Source of the DNA: Giardia intestinalis | Taxonomy: Eukaryota | Assembly (NCBI GenBank): GCA_000002435.2 | Contig: CM018792.1 | Length of the DNA: 64,000 nucleotides | Reading direction: 5' to 3' (one strand) | Part shown: positions 41,346 through 51,683 of the stretch, in pieces | Layout: each line of letters begins with the position of its first letter | Position numbering within the stretch: the stretch's first letter is position 1 | Program-made: the position numbers and the translations under genes | Notes under the pieces: generated by a model | Told to the model about the DNA's origin: nothing | Databases searched by the model: none | The model's input: only the letters and a program-made list of their open reading frames with translations

Positions 41346-42860
41346 CTACTTGTACCTCGACAAAAACTCGTACATCTCTGGGTTCTTCTCCTTCTTGACC
41401 ATGTAGAAGGCAGTTGAACCGTTCTTTAAGCGGAAGTTGTGCTCCCTCCCGGCGAGTCTTTTGACCGCATCAAGGTGATTGTGCACCACAGCCTTATGAA
41501 GCGCCGTTGTTCCATCGACGGTCTGCATCCCAATCTCATCTGTTAATAGGTCAATGATATCGCAGTGGTTATTGGTTGCAGCACTCATGGTTGCAGTCCA
41601 TCCGTCGCGCCTCGTCTTTCCGATCTCCTTAGGAGCCAGGAGCTTACAGATCTCGTAGTGTCCATTGTGTGCAGCTTTCATTAGTGCAGTCGTCCCCGAA
41701 TTAGCCTGAAGTCCGGCTTCCTTTTCCAAGAGAAGCTGAACGAAGTCAAGGTAGCCCTTAGAGGCGGCGATCATGAGTGCGGTGGTCCCGTATATGTTCT
41801 TGAGCCCACCCTGTTCATCCAGAAGCTCCTTTGCTCGGTCGAATTGTTTCTCCTCCACAGCAAGCATAAGCGGAGTATTGCCCTCACAATCCCTGTCGAA
41901 AGGTTCGTTCTGCTTAATGTTGGCGAGGGCAGCACGACCGCCATCTTCGCGGTTTGATGCACCGTAATCTCCGCCCATAATCTTGCGAACTGGACGAACA
42001 ACGGATTGATCCTTGTTTTGCTCCTTTGCCTTGCTGAGCTGGTTGGAGAGAATGCTCTGCTCTCTGGCCATCTCCTCTAGGGCCTTTTCCTTATCTGCCA
42101 GCATCTTGTTCTTTTCATTGATCTCGTTGCGCAGAATTCTCAGCTCGTCCTCATATTTGTTGCTATCGATATCGGCAGTCGAGCTCGTTATGACGTGAAG
42201 CTTCTCTTCAGTAGGCTTGGTGGAAGAGCAGCCAGCGCTGAGTTTCGTTATATGGATATGAGGAGCCTCGTACGACGAGATGCTTCCCGGGCTCACCTTC
42301 TTGGCCGCTATGGCATGCAGATAGCTGGCAATCTTTGCATGCGAGTGTTCACGGGCCTTATGCTCTGCCTGCTCCAGCAACTTCTTATTATATTTCTTTG
42401 TCGAGGTTAAGATGCAGTCGACTAGCTCTTCGTCACCTGCAATCGCAGCACAATCAAGCGCATTATTATGATCGCCGTTCTTCTCGGTCGTAAGAAACTC
42501 GAGCAGAATCCCGATACTCTTCATAGAGCGATGTTTGACGGCGACGTGGAGAGCCGTGTCTCCATTGGGTAATTTGATATTGGACTCTGCAGCAGCCAAA
42601 CACTCTACGACTTCGTCGTGATCAAGTTTGGCGCCAATCATGAGTGCAGTCTCTCCATCGTGATTTTGGCGGGAGGTTTCGTAGGCCTGAAGAAGTTTGA
42701 CGAGTTCAAGGTTGTTCCCCCGTGCTGCAATCATAAGGGCTGTTTCACCCTGAGGATCACACGATGTAGCGTACTCATTTACCATGCGCTCGACCTCCCC
42801 GAGGGACCCGGCGGCAACTGCATTGAACCACTCCACAGTGTTTGGCTTCGAGTCAGTCAT
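41346..42860 (-). CDS. Ankyrin-repeat protein with a central coiled coil (Giardia 'Protein 21.1' family-like)
   Basis: At least 8 ankyrin repeats (GETALMIAA..G..ELVKLL, GTTALMKAAHNGHYEICKLL, etc.) flanking a KEKALEEMAREQSILSNQL coiled coil. The start is placed at the internal Met (MTDSKPN...) because the longer ORF (to 42968) would overlap the upstream gene by 43 bp. Confidence 0.85.
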   Translation of the reverse strand: MTDSKPNTVEWFNAVAAGSLGEVERMVNEYATSCDPQGETALMIAARGNNLELVKLLQAYETSRQNHDGETALMIGAKLDHDEVVECLAAAESNIKLPNGDTALHVAVKHRSMKSIGILLEFLTTEKNGDHNNALDCAAIAGDEELVDCILTSTKKYNKKLLEQAEHKAREHSHAKIASYLHAIAAKKVSPGSISSYEAPHIHITKLSAGCSSTKPTEEKLHVITSSTADIDSNKYEDELRILRNEINEKNKMLADKEKALEEMAREQSILSNQLSKAKEQNKDQSVVRPVRKIMGGDYGASNREDGGRAALANIKQNEPFDRDCEGNTPLMLAVEEKQFDRAKELLDEQGGLKNIYGTTALMIAASKGYLDFVQLLLEKEAGLQANSGTTALMKAAHNGHYEICKLLAPKEIGKTRRDGWTATMSAATNNHCDIIDLLTDEIGMQTVDGTTALHKAVVHNHLDAVKRLAGREHNFRLKNGSTAFYMVKKEKNPEMYEFLSRYK

Positions 42861-42925
42861 TATTTTTGAAGAGGTTGTAATTTTGATAAATATGTAGTGT
42901 GGCTTCCATCTCTGCTTCCTATAAT

Positions 42926-45900
42926 TTACACACTGAGAATCTTTCGCGCATGATGGACATACTCCCATTTCCTGTCGTGCTGAGCTGTGCGGTTTAATGT
43001 GACGAGAAGTTCTGGGGTCATATGAAGACCATCGGTTTTAGATTTGAGTGTAACGGACACGCTAATCTTAGCGTTGGGGCTTAAAGTGTATGCGCGGCAG
43101 AGCTGTGTCTTGTCTGATACTATTTCCAACGGGGGCACATTTGCTAAGCTACGATCCGGCGGTGGTTCGGCAAAGCGGATTGTCATTGTATAGCTATCAG
43201 AGTCGCGCACGGAAATCTCGCACATATATTCAAATGCAGTGCCTACATGACACTTCGCCTCCGTTTTGTCTATGATCACGAGAAAAGGGCAGTTGATAGT
43301 CGGATGCATATCCACCACCGGTATTTCGTGACAAACAACGCCCGTGCAAAGCAAGGGCCCCGTTGTCTCAGTGCTTGTCACGTATGCTTCAAATGGAGTT
43401 CCTTGGAGCTTGCGGGGAATGTATGGAGCAGCCGACCGGTATTTAATGCAACATAACGGTAGGTCCTCCAGCTTGGATGAGCCGTGTTCCCGTACAATGA
43501 AACGGGTCTTGAGGTTGAATAGGCCCGTTATAGATGAGCCAGGGTTATAGCAATTAACATTGCTTTTCACCACCAGACTCAGCTTGCCGCCTGAAGCTAT
43601 TTTGACCTGCTGTAGTGCCGATGGGCTCAGGATTTCACCTGTGGGCATGTTGGTCAATGACACCCCCTCAGTGACGATGTCATTGTGAGTTCTGTTAGTT
43701 AGTTCAACTTTTGTCCACTGGGATAGAACTAGCGGGCGTAGCATGCTTCCATTGCTAAAGACAGATAATGTCTGTAAAGGATCTGTTTTAACGACAAACT
43801 CTACCGGCCGATGTAGAACTATAGTGCAAATATTGTTTGATTCTTGGGGCGCTGTCTCAAAGACTTGATCCTTAGTCGACCCCCGATGTGGAGAAAGAGA
43901 CACCTTCTTTGATCCTAATTGCAAGGTGAATTTGAATGTCAAGTGACAGAGGTCACTAGCACAAACAATAAAGGGAATGAATGTTATATCTGAGTTGTTA
44001 GAATAAGAGGTTAGGCCACCAATGCTAATAGTGTTGGAAGACCCCAGAGTAAGAGGAGACGGACGCCCATCAAAGTACGTATAGACGCTAGAGGTGATGG
44101 GTGCATTCCTTGTGTAATGAGGGTTAACATCAGGCTCTGGTAGTGTGTCATTTGAGCATGTGTAAGTAGCAATAAGGGAAACGGGAGGGACAGACACCGC
44201 CGCCTTTAGATATAGATACAAAATAAATGGCTTTCCGGCATACACGTCAGGGGAGCTAAGACAATATCCGCTCTCTACCATTTGGAGCGGGTCCCGGATA
44301 TGAGCACACAGGTTTTCAGAGCACTTTAAAAGACAGTAGGTGTTCTTATGAATAGCTTCTGCCGTGTTTTCCTTGTATCTCCTCAAGTAGAATTTCACTG
44401 ATGAGAATCGTGACTCGCGCGCTTGCAGAGTAATCAGATCGCTATAATCGATTATCTGGCTGCTGGTGTTTTTAAAGTCGACAGCCTCTGTGCTTGCCTT
44501 TTGCCATATATAGCTCATTTTAAGTGTGCGTATAGCGAGCGTTTCATCGGTATATTGCTGAGTGATCACATGTTTATGAAGGACAATCCTGGATACCCGT
44601 TGTTGCGCCAAAAGCAGGATCTTTGGTTTGAGAATTGTCTGCACGACAAATGTCTGCCCCAGCTTATCAGAGAGAGATCCATTAATTAGTACATGAAGCT
44701 GTATGTCCAGTTGAGCCGAGATTTCAAGTATGGGACCTGGGAGTGTCAGTTCTGCAGCAAGAGTGGCAGACTCTCCTATAGAAAAAGAGGGCTGGTTCCA
44801 TGCCAGCTGAGATATTACTATGGGGTATGCAAACGAGTTAGATGCGATTGGCGTGGAGAGTGCTGCAGCTTGCGTGATAATACCATTAAGTAGTTTTTTC
44901 AGTATCTCCCTGTCGGTGCTATCAAGCTGTACACCCGCCTCCTGCATCTCCTCATGTTTCAATAATTTCATGATGAAAAAGTTCGGAGAATAAGACGCCT
45001 TCATGGCTCGTCCTTCAAGGCATGCTAACGCCATTGAGTAAGAATCAAACGACTCCAACAGAAGGCTAAGGAACTCACTGCCAGATAGCTTCAGCTCGGA
45101 GGGTATGGTATCATTCAAACCGAACAGAAAGCCGAGTCTGCGCGTCAGCTGCCGCCGCAAGAGGTCCATGTCGCAAGAGTTGAGCGTCTTATAAACGGTA
45201 GCAGGATTTATCAGCTCTTTTCGTGTGTCTGCTAAAAGGACAGAAACGTCCTTCTTCAATAGAGAAGAGGAGGAAACACTCAAAAAGCGAGGAACATTCG
45301 TGGTGAGCTGCGCATAGATTAAGTAGGATAGCAGCTTTATGGATGCCACCGAAGATTTTGTGCTAGTGGACATAGAAGCGTAATAAGAAATAAGCCTTTC
45401 TGAGGCATCGAGCTTGCCTTGCTTTGAAGACGCGTGATCAAAGACAGCGCGAATGATCCGCTCAATAAGCACCGTGAAGAAGCCGTATAGTGTATCAGTG
45501 ACTATACCGTCTGTTGTTTTCGAGGCGAAAAATCCCTGGAGGGCACTGTATATCTTAGTGGGTTCGCGAACAAGCTGATCCTCAAAGGAGTATGCTACGG
45601 CGGGGAACCCAATAAATGCTGAGACGGGTTGCTGTCCATGAGGTAGTGTTCGCAACCTCTTACCTAAGATGTCCAGAGAACGCAGAAGGTCAGAGTATAT
45701 CGGGAAAAAGCATGCTGTATATGCGACAGGTGTCACATAGGAAAAGTACGTCCCAAGACAGCGGAATGCCTCTGGAGATCGACGGTGCCAGTAGAAAGTT
45801 GTCAGAAGTCTTTGGGACACTATAGACTGGGAGCTTCCGCTTTGAGGAAAGATGTAACCAAGCTTGCTTGCCTCCGAGACGGTAGCCTTTAACGCATGTC

Positions 45901-47584
45901 CCAACAAAGCTGTATCATCTTCAGAAAGGTCTGCGGGGAAAATGTTTCCCAAGACGGAAAGCAAAGATGTAGCTTTGAAAAGCTCTCTATGCAGCGAGGA
46001 GTTCTGCTCTGTAGTCTGGACGGAGTTACACGGTAAGGTGATAGAATCAACGTCAGAGAGGGCCAGGCTGACTAGACGGATTGCTTCACAAACTAGGCCA
46101 ATCTGACTCACATTAACAAGTATTTGGTGCATGATTGATCCTAGGCCTAACTGAGAGCCAAAAGTAAACGGCTGATGTTCAGAATATTTCATGGCAAGTA
46201 ACTCTAGAAGCGCGTGGATTGTAGCCAACAAAATTAGAGCGGTAGGGACATTAGAATCGAATGCTAAGCGATACATGTTAAATAGAAGAGGAGTGGTTGT
46301 CAGAGGAGCTGCTACATCCTCTACTGCATCAACCAAGATCGGTGTGTGAGGAATGCTTTGCCTATTGTAGCTGTATAATTCAACGTTGGGGTACAGGAAG
46401 TCTTGGGAAATGCTAGGCTGATCGGCCTCTGCAAACAAAGGTGCGTCCTTGCCCTGCTTAGCGGCAGTCACTATTTTACTTAGAGTCTGGCTAAGTGGCA
46501 GTACTTTCGTCTCTCCATACAGTCGAAGGTACGCAGTAAGAAGCATTATCACCTCAACAGTTGGGCCTATAAGTTCGTAATGGTGGCATAAGCGAATTAT
46601 AGCTGCCTCATAGCAACAGACAATCGTCGATGCCAGCCCTGCAGGAGTATGAAGAGTGGCTTCTGCAGCTGCTGCACTATCAGTGTTGAGGATTGCAGCG
46701 AGATAGGCTGTGTGCGTAGCCATCAGCTTGTAACGGGTACAGATGTCGGAGGCTGCTTGGATTGTAGGGGCATCCTGATCGCAGAAGGAGGCTATGCTCA
46801 AAAGAAATGCTCTGCGTACAATAGCCATGAGACATACTCGACTTCTGTGCTTTAACGATGCACTAGCATGAACCTGCACAAAGCGATCTGGCAATGTATG
46901 GACCTGATTGGCTAAATCAATGAAGAAGGCACGACCCATGGACAAGATGCTCAATAGAAGCTTCTGGCCATCGACCTGTGCTGTCGCCAGATTAGTAAAG
47001 GAGCTAGTTGGAAGACGCGTTGCAGACACAAGATTGGCTAAGAAGTCTTTTACAACAATGGCAGGTTGTGTTTGTGTCGCAGACCCCACGGGTGGCCGAG
47101 ATCCTACAACAGGTGCTAAAACAATATGCAAAGGAACGGCCCCAAGGGGTGCCATTGTGTTCATCAGGGCTTGAATTCCCACCACAATAGAAGAGTAGTA
47201 TGCATGCAAAACGGCAGCTGGATCATCGGCTGGATACTCAATAAGATAAATAGCTCCAACAGGGATGCTCTTCATTGCTGTAATGGCGCTGGGGGTAATG
47301 ATGCCAAAAGCGGAGCTGCCCTTCGACTCCGAGGCAGAAGACAATAGGACTTGAAGATCGTGTCCGGAGCCACTATATGTAGGGAGCTGATCAACAGACT
47401 TATAAGATATTACCTGAAATGGTCCGACCTGAGGAGTAGAACTGGACTCTGCTTGTGGTTGAGGATGACCCTTAGCCCAGATCTGATTAAGTAGTTCCGC
47501 AAGGCTCTTGTGCGACTCTAGATGGTTTATCATTACAAGCACTGGAGCTACCGGACTCAGGTCTGGAAAGCGCACAAGGGTCAT
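42926..47584 (-). CDS. Very large hypothetical protein (1552 aa)
   Basis: Uninterrupted 4.66-kb ORF with ordinary Giardia composition. No motif recognised by eye; it could be a trafficking or tethering-complex subunit. Confidence 0.7.
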   Translation of the reverse strand: MTLVRFPDLSPVAPVLVMINHLESHKSLAELLNQIWAKGHPQPQAESSSTPQVGPFQVISYKSVDQLPTYSGSGHDLQVLLSSASESKGSSAFGIITPSAITAMKSIPVGAIYLIEYPADDPAAVLHAYYSSIVVGIQALMNTMAPLGAVPLHIVLAPVVGSRPPVGSATQTQPAIVVKDFLANLVSATRLPTSSFTNLATAQVDGQKLLLSILSMGRAFFIDLANQVHTLPDRFVQVHASASLKHRSRVCLMAIVRRAFLLSIASFCDQDAPTIQAASDICTRYKLMATHTAYLAAILNTDSAAAAEATLHTPAGLASTIVCCYEAAIIRLCHHYELIGPTVEVIMLLTAYLRLYGETKVLPLSQTLSKIVTAAKQGKDAPLFAEADQPSISQDFLYPNVELYSYNRQSIPHTPILVDAVEDVAAPLTTTPLLFNMYRLAFDSNVPTALILLATIHALLELLAMKYSEHQPFTFGSQLGLGSIMHQILVNVSQIGLVCEAIRLVSLALSDVDSITLPCNSVQTTEQNSSLHRELFKATSLLSVLGNIFPADLSEDDTALLGHALKATVSEASKLGYIFPQSGSSQSIVSQRLLTTFYWHRRSPEAFRCLGTYFSYVTPVAYTACFFPIYSDLLRSLDILGKRLRTLPHGQQPVSAFIGFPAVAYSFEDQLVREPTKIYSALQGFFASKTTDGIVTDTLYGFFTVLIERIIRAVFDHASSKQGKLDASERLISYYASMSTSTKSSVASIKLLSYLIYAQLTTNVPRFLSVSSSSLLKKDVSVLLADTRKELINPATVYKTLNSCDMDLLRRQLTRRLGFLFGLNDTIPSELKLSGSEFLSLLLESFDSYSMALACLEGRAMKASYSPNFFIMKLLKHEEMQEAGVQLDSTDREILKKLLNGIITQAAALSTPIASNSFAYPIVISQLAWNQPSFSIGESATLAAELTLPGPILEISAQLDIQLHVLINGSLSDKLGQTFVVQTILKPKILLLAQQRVSRIVLHKHVITQQYTDETLAIRTLKMSYIWQKASTEAVDFKNTSSQIIDYSDLITLQARESRFSSVKFYLRRYKENTAEAIHKNTYCLLKCSENLCAHIRDPLQMVESGYCLSSPDVYAGKPFILYLYLKAAVSVPPVSLIATYTCSNDTLPEPDVNPHYTRNAPITSSVYTYFDGRPSPLTLGSSNTISIGGLTSYSNNSDITFIPFIVCASDLCHLTFKFTLQLGSKKVSLSPHRGSTKDQVFETAPQESNNICTIVLHRPVEFVVKTDPLQTLSVFSNGSMLRPLVLSQWTKVELTNRTHNDIVTEGVSLTNMPTGEILSPSALQQVKIASGGKLSLVVKSNVNCYNPGSSITGLFNLKTRFIVREHGSSKLEDLPLCCIKYRSAAPYIPRKLQGTPFEAYVTSTETTGPLLCTGVVCHEIPVVDMHPTINCPFLVIIDKTEAKCHVGTAFEYMCEISVRDSDSYTMTIRFAEPPPDRSLANVPPLEIVSDKTQLCRAYTLSPNAKISVSVTLKSKTDGLHMTPELLVTLNRTAQHDRKWEYVHHARKILSV

Positions 47585-47603
47585 TTGATATTTTTACTTC
47601 GTT

Positions 47604-48632
47604 TTAATTGGTGTACAGACTCTGGAAAGTGAAGTCCACCAACTCAAGGAGCTCATAGTCCTCCTTGCCTGGCACTAAACCACACTGTGGCCAGATTTCA
47701 TTCGCCAATTTACGAAGTACGGCGTGACCTAGGCGTGTCCTATTCTTCGTGTATACATCGATCCCATCTACTCCGGACGACCATGCAGCCCAGAACAGAC
47801 ATGCAAGTGGGACAAAGAAGAGGCAAAGCGAGTCTATGAGCAAATTTGAGTTTCCAAAGTAGTGTCTATAGAAATCTTGTCGCTTTGACGCACAAGGAAA
47901 CGCAGAGATTTCACAATCAATCCCTGTAAACTCCAGGAAGAAACAGGCGATATCGAACGCATTTATGCTGTATGTCGAATACTCCCAATCGATAAATCTA
48001 ACCTCTTGTGTCGACGGACAATAGATTATATTTCCAGAGTGCAAGTCGTTGTGTGAAATGCATGTCCAGAGTAGGGAAGGGTGGTTGTTGACCAATTGGC
48101 CCAATACCCCATCTTCCGAGTAAAGCTTGTAGAGGACCTCTGCTTCTCTTCCCTTTCCCATGTAGTCTACCGAGATATCAAGCAAGGATTTTAGCCCGTA
48201 GTGACTCTCAAGGTGCATGGCACTAGCACCATCGTCCTGCACTGATATCTCATGGAGACGCCTCATCTGTCTTGCAATAAGCTCATAGTAAGGGCTGTCT
48301 CCGAGCATCTTGTCCGACTCTATGCAGTGGCCTTCTATGCATGCCGTCACTATTCCATCTGCGAAAAGGTAAGCCTGTGACGTGGCTACGCTCCTTCCCA
48401 CAACATGCGATAAGATCTTCCTTTCAACGCTATAATTCTGGAAGCGAGACTGTCGCGTAAACCGCACTATGTACGCTGACCCTGAGTGTACGTCTTCGAT
48501 GATATGAACCTCATTAGAACAGCCCTCAAGAGTCCTACAATAGCAGTATTGCGAGCCAAGCTCCCTCTCTAATATTCCTAGGGCCTCAGTAACATTCCTC
48601 CCAAGAGCAATATCATCCTTGAACACTGCCAT
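47604..48632 (-). CDS. Choline/ethanolamine kinase family protein
   Basis: Brenner motif ISHNDLHSGNIIY and choline-kinase motif IDWEYSTYSINAFDIACFF (compare IDFEYSSYNYRGFDIGNHF). Confidence 0.85.
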   Translation of the reverse strand: MAVFKDDIALGRNVTEALGILERELGSQYCYCRTLEGCSNEVHIIEDVHSGSAYIVRFTRQSRFQNYSVERKILSHVVGRSVATSQAYLFADGIVTACIEGHCIESDKMLGDSPYYELIARQMRRLHEISVQDDGASAMHLESHYGLKSLLDISVDYMGKGREAEVLYKLYSEDGVLGQLVNNHPSLLWTCISHNDLHSGNIIYCPSTQEVRFIDWEYSTYSINAFDIACFFLEFTGIDCEISAFPCASKRQDFYRHYFGNSNLLIDSLCLFFVPLACLFWAAWSSGVDGIDVYTKNRTRLGHAVLRKLANEIWPQCGLVPGKEDYELLELVDFTFQSLYTN

Positions 48633-48653
48633 TTTTCTTCGAGTAGTGTCGAT

Positions 48654-49787
48654 TTACTGAGTGTCCAAAGTGTCTTTTGACTTCTCTATCTCTTCAGCTA
48701 AGTGCTCTTCTACCAGAAGCTCCTCTGCTTGTTCATGGGGCAGCCCATGTTCGGGGTCTGCAGGGCAGCAGCTTGTCTGTGCGTTGACTGCGATAGAGTG
48801 TGCTTCGGGTACATCAGCTTTCACGCCACTAGTGTCCTCATTAGATAGCTGTGCCTTTGATTGAATCTCCATATTTCTGGCCTCCATGTCAATCTTTTCC
48901 CAGAGCTCTCCTTCTCCTATGACCACTCGGGGAAGCGGGTCATACACTGTTAAAGGAGACTTGGATGCGGCCAGATATCTTCTACGAACAGATAAAAACT
49001 CGGCCCGTGCAGCCATGAATGGAGGTGTGTAAGTCTTGAAGTCCTCGAGAAGACGTTTGACTTGCTCAGCCATGATGGCAACAGAGTTCTCCTTAAGGTG
49101 CTTCTGCACGCTCTCCATGTAGGTGTTACGGCGCTCCAGTACGCGCGTGATTTTCTCGGACTCCCGCTTCTGTGTGTGCAATTTGGACTCGACAGATGAA
49201 CGCTCAGCTTCCAACTTCTGCTTAAGCTCAGCAAGAACATGTTTGGAGGCCGATATCTTAGTGAGCTTTTCGCTGTGACTGGCTTTGGCTGCTTCGATAT
49301 CAGATGCCCTGCTGTCTAGAAGCAGCTTCTTTTCATCAATCTCCTTTTGATGGGCCTCTAGCGTTGTCTTAAACTCTCTGGCCTTTGCAATTCTCTCGTC
49401 CAGAGTTGCAATGCGTTGAGTGTATGTCTCTTGGACAGCTGCTGTACGGTCCTCAATGGGTACATCCTTGAGCTTCTTAAGCTCTTCGTCCAGACGCTTA
49501 TTGATGTCGTCCAGATCTGCGTGGTGCTTGTTCAGCTTCATCTGCTTCTCCACAAACGTGATGGCGAAGTCTGGAATGGCAGCAAGCTGCTGCTCTTGTG
49601 CTGCAATAGCCTTCCGCATCTTCTCGACTTCCTTCTCTTTCATGACCACGTTTCGCTCCAGTTCGTTGATGTAACGCGCGTGCTCCTTGCGCGCTATGTG
49701 CTGAGGCTTCTTTACCTTCTGCATTGTAGCTGCGACAAGGAAGAAGAGTTCCTTTTTTGAGCGAGAATTTACTTGCGCAGGCCTCAT
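48654..49787 (-). CDS. Coiled-coil protein (377 aa)
   Basis: Almost entirely heptad-like E/K/L-rich sequence. Its ATG overlaps the TGA of the upstream gene as ATGA, so the true start may be the next Met (MQKVKK...). Confidence 0.6.
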   Translation of the reverse strand: MRPAQVNSRSKKELFFLVAATMQKVKKPQHIARKEHARYINELERNVVMKEKEVEKMRKAIAAQEQQLAAIPDFAITFVEKQMKLNKHHADLDDINKRLDEELKKLKDVPIEDRTAAVQETYTQRIATLDERIAKAREFKTTLEAHQKEIDEKKLLLDSRASDIEAAKASHSEKLTKISASKHVLAELKQKLEAERSSVESKLHTQKRESEKITRVLERRNTYMESVQKHLKENSVAIMAEQVKRLLEDFKTYTPPFMAARAEFLSVRRRYLAASKSPLTVYDPLPRVVIGEGELWEKIDMEARNMEIQSKAQLSNEDTSGVKADVPEAHSIAVNAQTSCCPADPEHGLPHEQAEELLVEEHLAEEIEKSKDTLDTQ

Positions 49788-51616
49788 TTCTTGGCAGCCA
49801 CTTGCTTGTTATACCATTCCACAATCCATTGTTCTTCTGTTTGAACAAACTCGTTTATATCGAGCACATGCTGTCTGTTTCTTGCGGCCTCTCCTGCATG
49901 TAGGATCCGCGTTGTGTTACTGAGGAATTCCTTTTGGGAGGCAATGAGACTATCTTCACGCTGATCCACTGCTGACATGCGAGACTCATGGGCAGCGACA
50001 GCGGCACCTATAACAGAGCCCTTGTCTTTTAGCAACGCATGGACCTCGGGGGTGATGTCCGTCGGAAGTAAATTTTGTACATCTGCAAGGCTGGTTGGAG
50101 CGAAGAACATCCCTCCTATTCCAGTGCCGCCGCCCTGGGCTGTGTCTCCTCCATCCGCAATATTTCCAGATCCTAGGTCCACTTGGCGGCTTATGTCGCC
50201 CCCTGCTAGCCCTGCTTCTCGAGCAAGCTTCAGTTCCATCGCCTTGTTGAGCAAGCTAAGACAGCTTTCGTGAAGTTGGAGGACATTTTCGCGAACCTTA
50301 GTAAACGCGGACTGGGCCTGCTCAGATGTTTTGTTAACTAGCGAAGTAAGGTTGGCTATTACCTGGTCAACTATTTCTGTTATGTCCGCTGTAGTGCTTG
50401 ATTCTATTTTCAGAAGCTTCACGCGCAGGGGAGGAAGCAAAGCCTGTACCCCATTTCGGGCCTCCGTTGCATAGTGAACACTGTTCTTTGGATTCTTGGC
50501 TATTTGTTCCTCACACAGGTCCAAGTAATCGTCCCGCTGGTATATGTATGCTTGAATGGCCTGCTGCAGATTTGAGCGCCCCTGCTCAGAAAGCACTCCA
50601 TACGCCTCCTCAAACTCAGCCAGCTCCCCCAACTTGAGGATGCGACGGCGGCGCATAAGGCGAGCCAGATCTTTGAGAATCGCAGACGTCACAAGCCTGA
50701 ATTTTCCATGGCATTCTAGCTTTACAGCAGGTATCACGCATATGCGTTCAGTAACAGGTGTCTCTAAGAACTCTCTGTCGACAAGAGTTGCCAGGCCTAG
50801 GGCGTCGGCAGCACAGTCGATACGGATCTGACGAGCCTTTTGTAGTGCCTTTGTCCGAGCCTGCGTTTCAACGGTGTCTTTCTCTTCTAAGCTGATGAGG
50901 TCCATCTTGAAGACCTCATGCGCTGACGCCTTATCACTCTCTCGGATAACTTTGTGATCAAAATATCTCAAACTCTTTAAATAGGCGATGACATGAAGCC
51001 GATAGTTAGTCTGTTTGACAAGAGGGTTGTTTTCTAGAGACAAAACCTTGAGGTCCTTGAATTCTCTAAGCAGCAGGATCGTTGCGTGTAGATTGCTGAT
51101 GTTGTTTGAGCTCAGATTAATCAGCTGAATCTTGTGGTAGTTCTCTGGTATCCCTGTCAAACCTCTGATCGTTGCATTGAGCTCTGTCAGACCATCTATG
51201 TTACCAATCTTGTTGTTGTTCAGCGCCAAATCAGTGAGCCTGTGGAGGTGGCCAATGCCTTCGATGCTGGTTAGCTTGTTAAAAGATAGGTCCAGAGACT
51301 CCAGATTGATTAGATTATCGAGGCCGGAGATCTTCTCGATCGCATTGTTTGAGAGATTAAGGCGCGTCAACGAACGGAAGTCGCTCAGGTTAGAGATAAG
51401 ACAGATCATGCGGTACGAAAGCGTGAGGGTACGTATGCTGGAAAAGTCTTCAAGAGACCACTCCCTCTTGTCTTCCTCTGTTCGCAGGGAATCAAGTATA
51501 ACATCGTTGGTTATGATGTTATAGTCCTTGGCAGCTCCGGGGAGACGCGAGACGTCGCTTGCCATAACAAGGCCCTGAAAATCGGAAAGGAATTTTTGGT
51601 GTGGTATCTCCTCCAA
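49784..51616 (-). CDS. Leucine-rich-repeat plus coiled-coil protein, DRC3/LRRC48-like (SDS22-type LRRs)
   Basis: LTRLNLSNNAIEKISGLDNLINLESLDLSFNKLTSIEGIGHLHRLTDLALNNNKIGNIDGL closely parallels DRC3 ([52 protein letters not shown]), followed by a long coiled-coil C-terminal half. Confidence 0.75.
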   Translation of the reverse strand: MEEIPHQKFLSDFQGLVMASDVSRLPGAAKDYNIITNDVILDSLRTEEDKREWSLEDFSSIRTLTLSYRMICLISNLSDFRSLTRLNLSNNAIEKISGLDNLINLESLDLSFNKLTSIEGIGHLHRLTDLALNNNKIGNIDGLTELNATIRGLTGIPENYHKIQLINLSSNNISNLHATILLLREFKDLKVLSLENNPLVKQTNYRLHVIAYLKSLRYFDHKVIRESDKASAHEVFKMDLISLEEKDTVETQARTKALQKARQIRIDCAADALGLATLVDREFLETPVTERICVIPAVKLECHGKFRLVTSAILKDLARLMRRRRILKLGELAEFEEAYGVLSEQGRSNLQQAIQAYIYQRDDYLDLCEEQIAKNPKNSVHYATEARNGVQALLPPLRVKLLKIESSTTADITEIVDQVIANLTSLVNKTSEQAQSAFTKVRENVLQLHESCLSLLNKAMELKLAREAGLAGGDISRQVDLGSGNIADGGDTAQGGGTGIGGMFFAPTSLADVQNLLPTDITPEVHALLKDKGSVIGAAVAAHESRMSAVDQREDSLIASQKEFLSNTTRILHAGEAARNRQHVLDINEFVQTEEQWIVEWYNKQVAAKK

Positions 51617-51683
51617 TTTACAGAAAGATATGGCAGAGTACTAAGAGCGCCACTAACAAGGAGAACGATCAAGGATCTGATGA

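Noticed and set aside
42861-42968. Upstream extension of the ankyrin ORF overlapping the 1552-aa gene by 43 bp
   Set aside because: An internal Met (MTDSKPN) gives a non-overlapping model. The extension has no ankyrin-like features.
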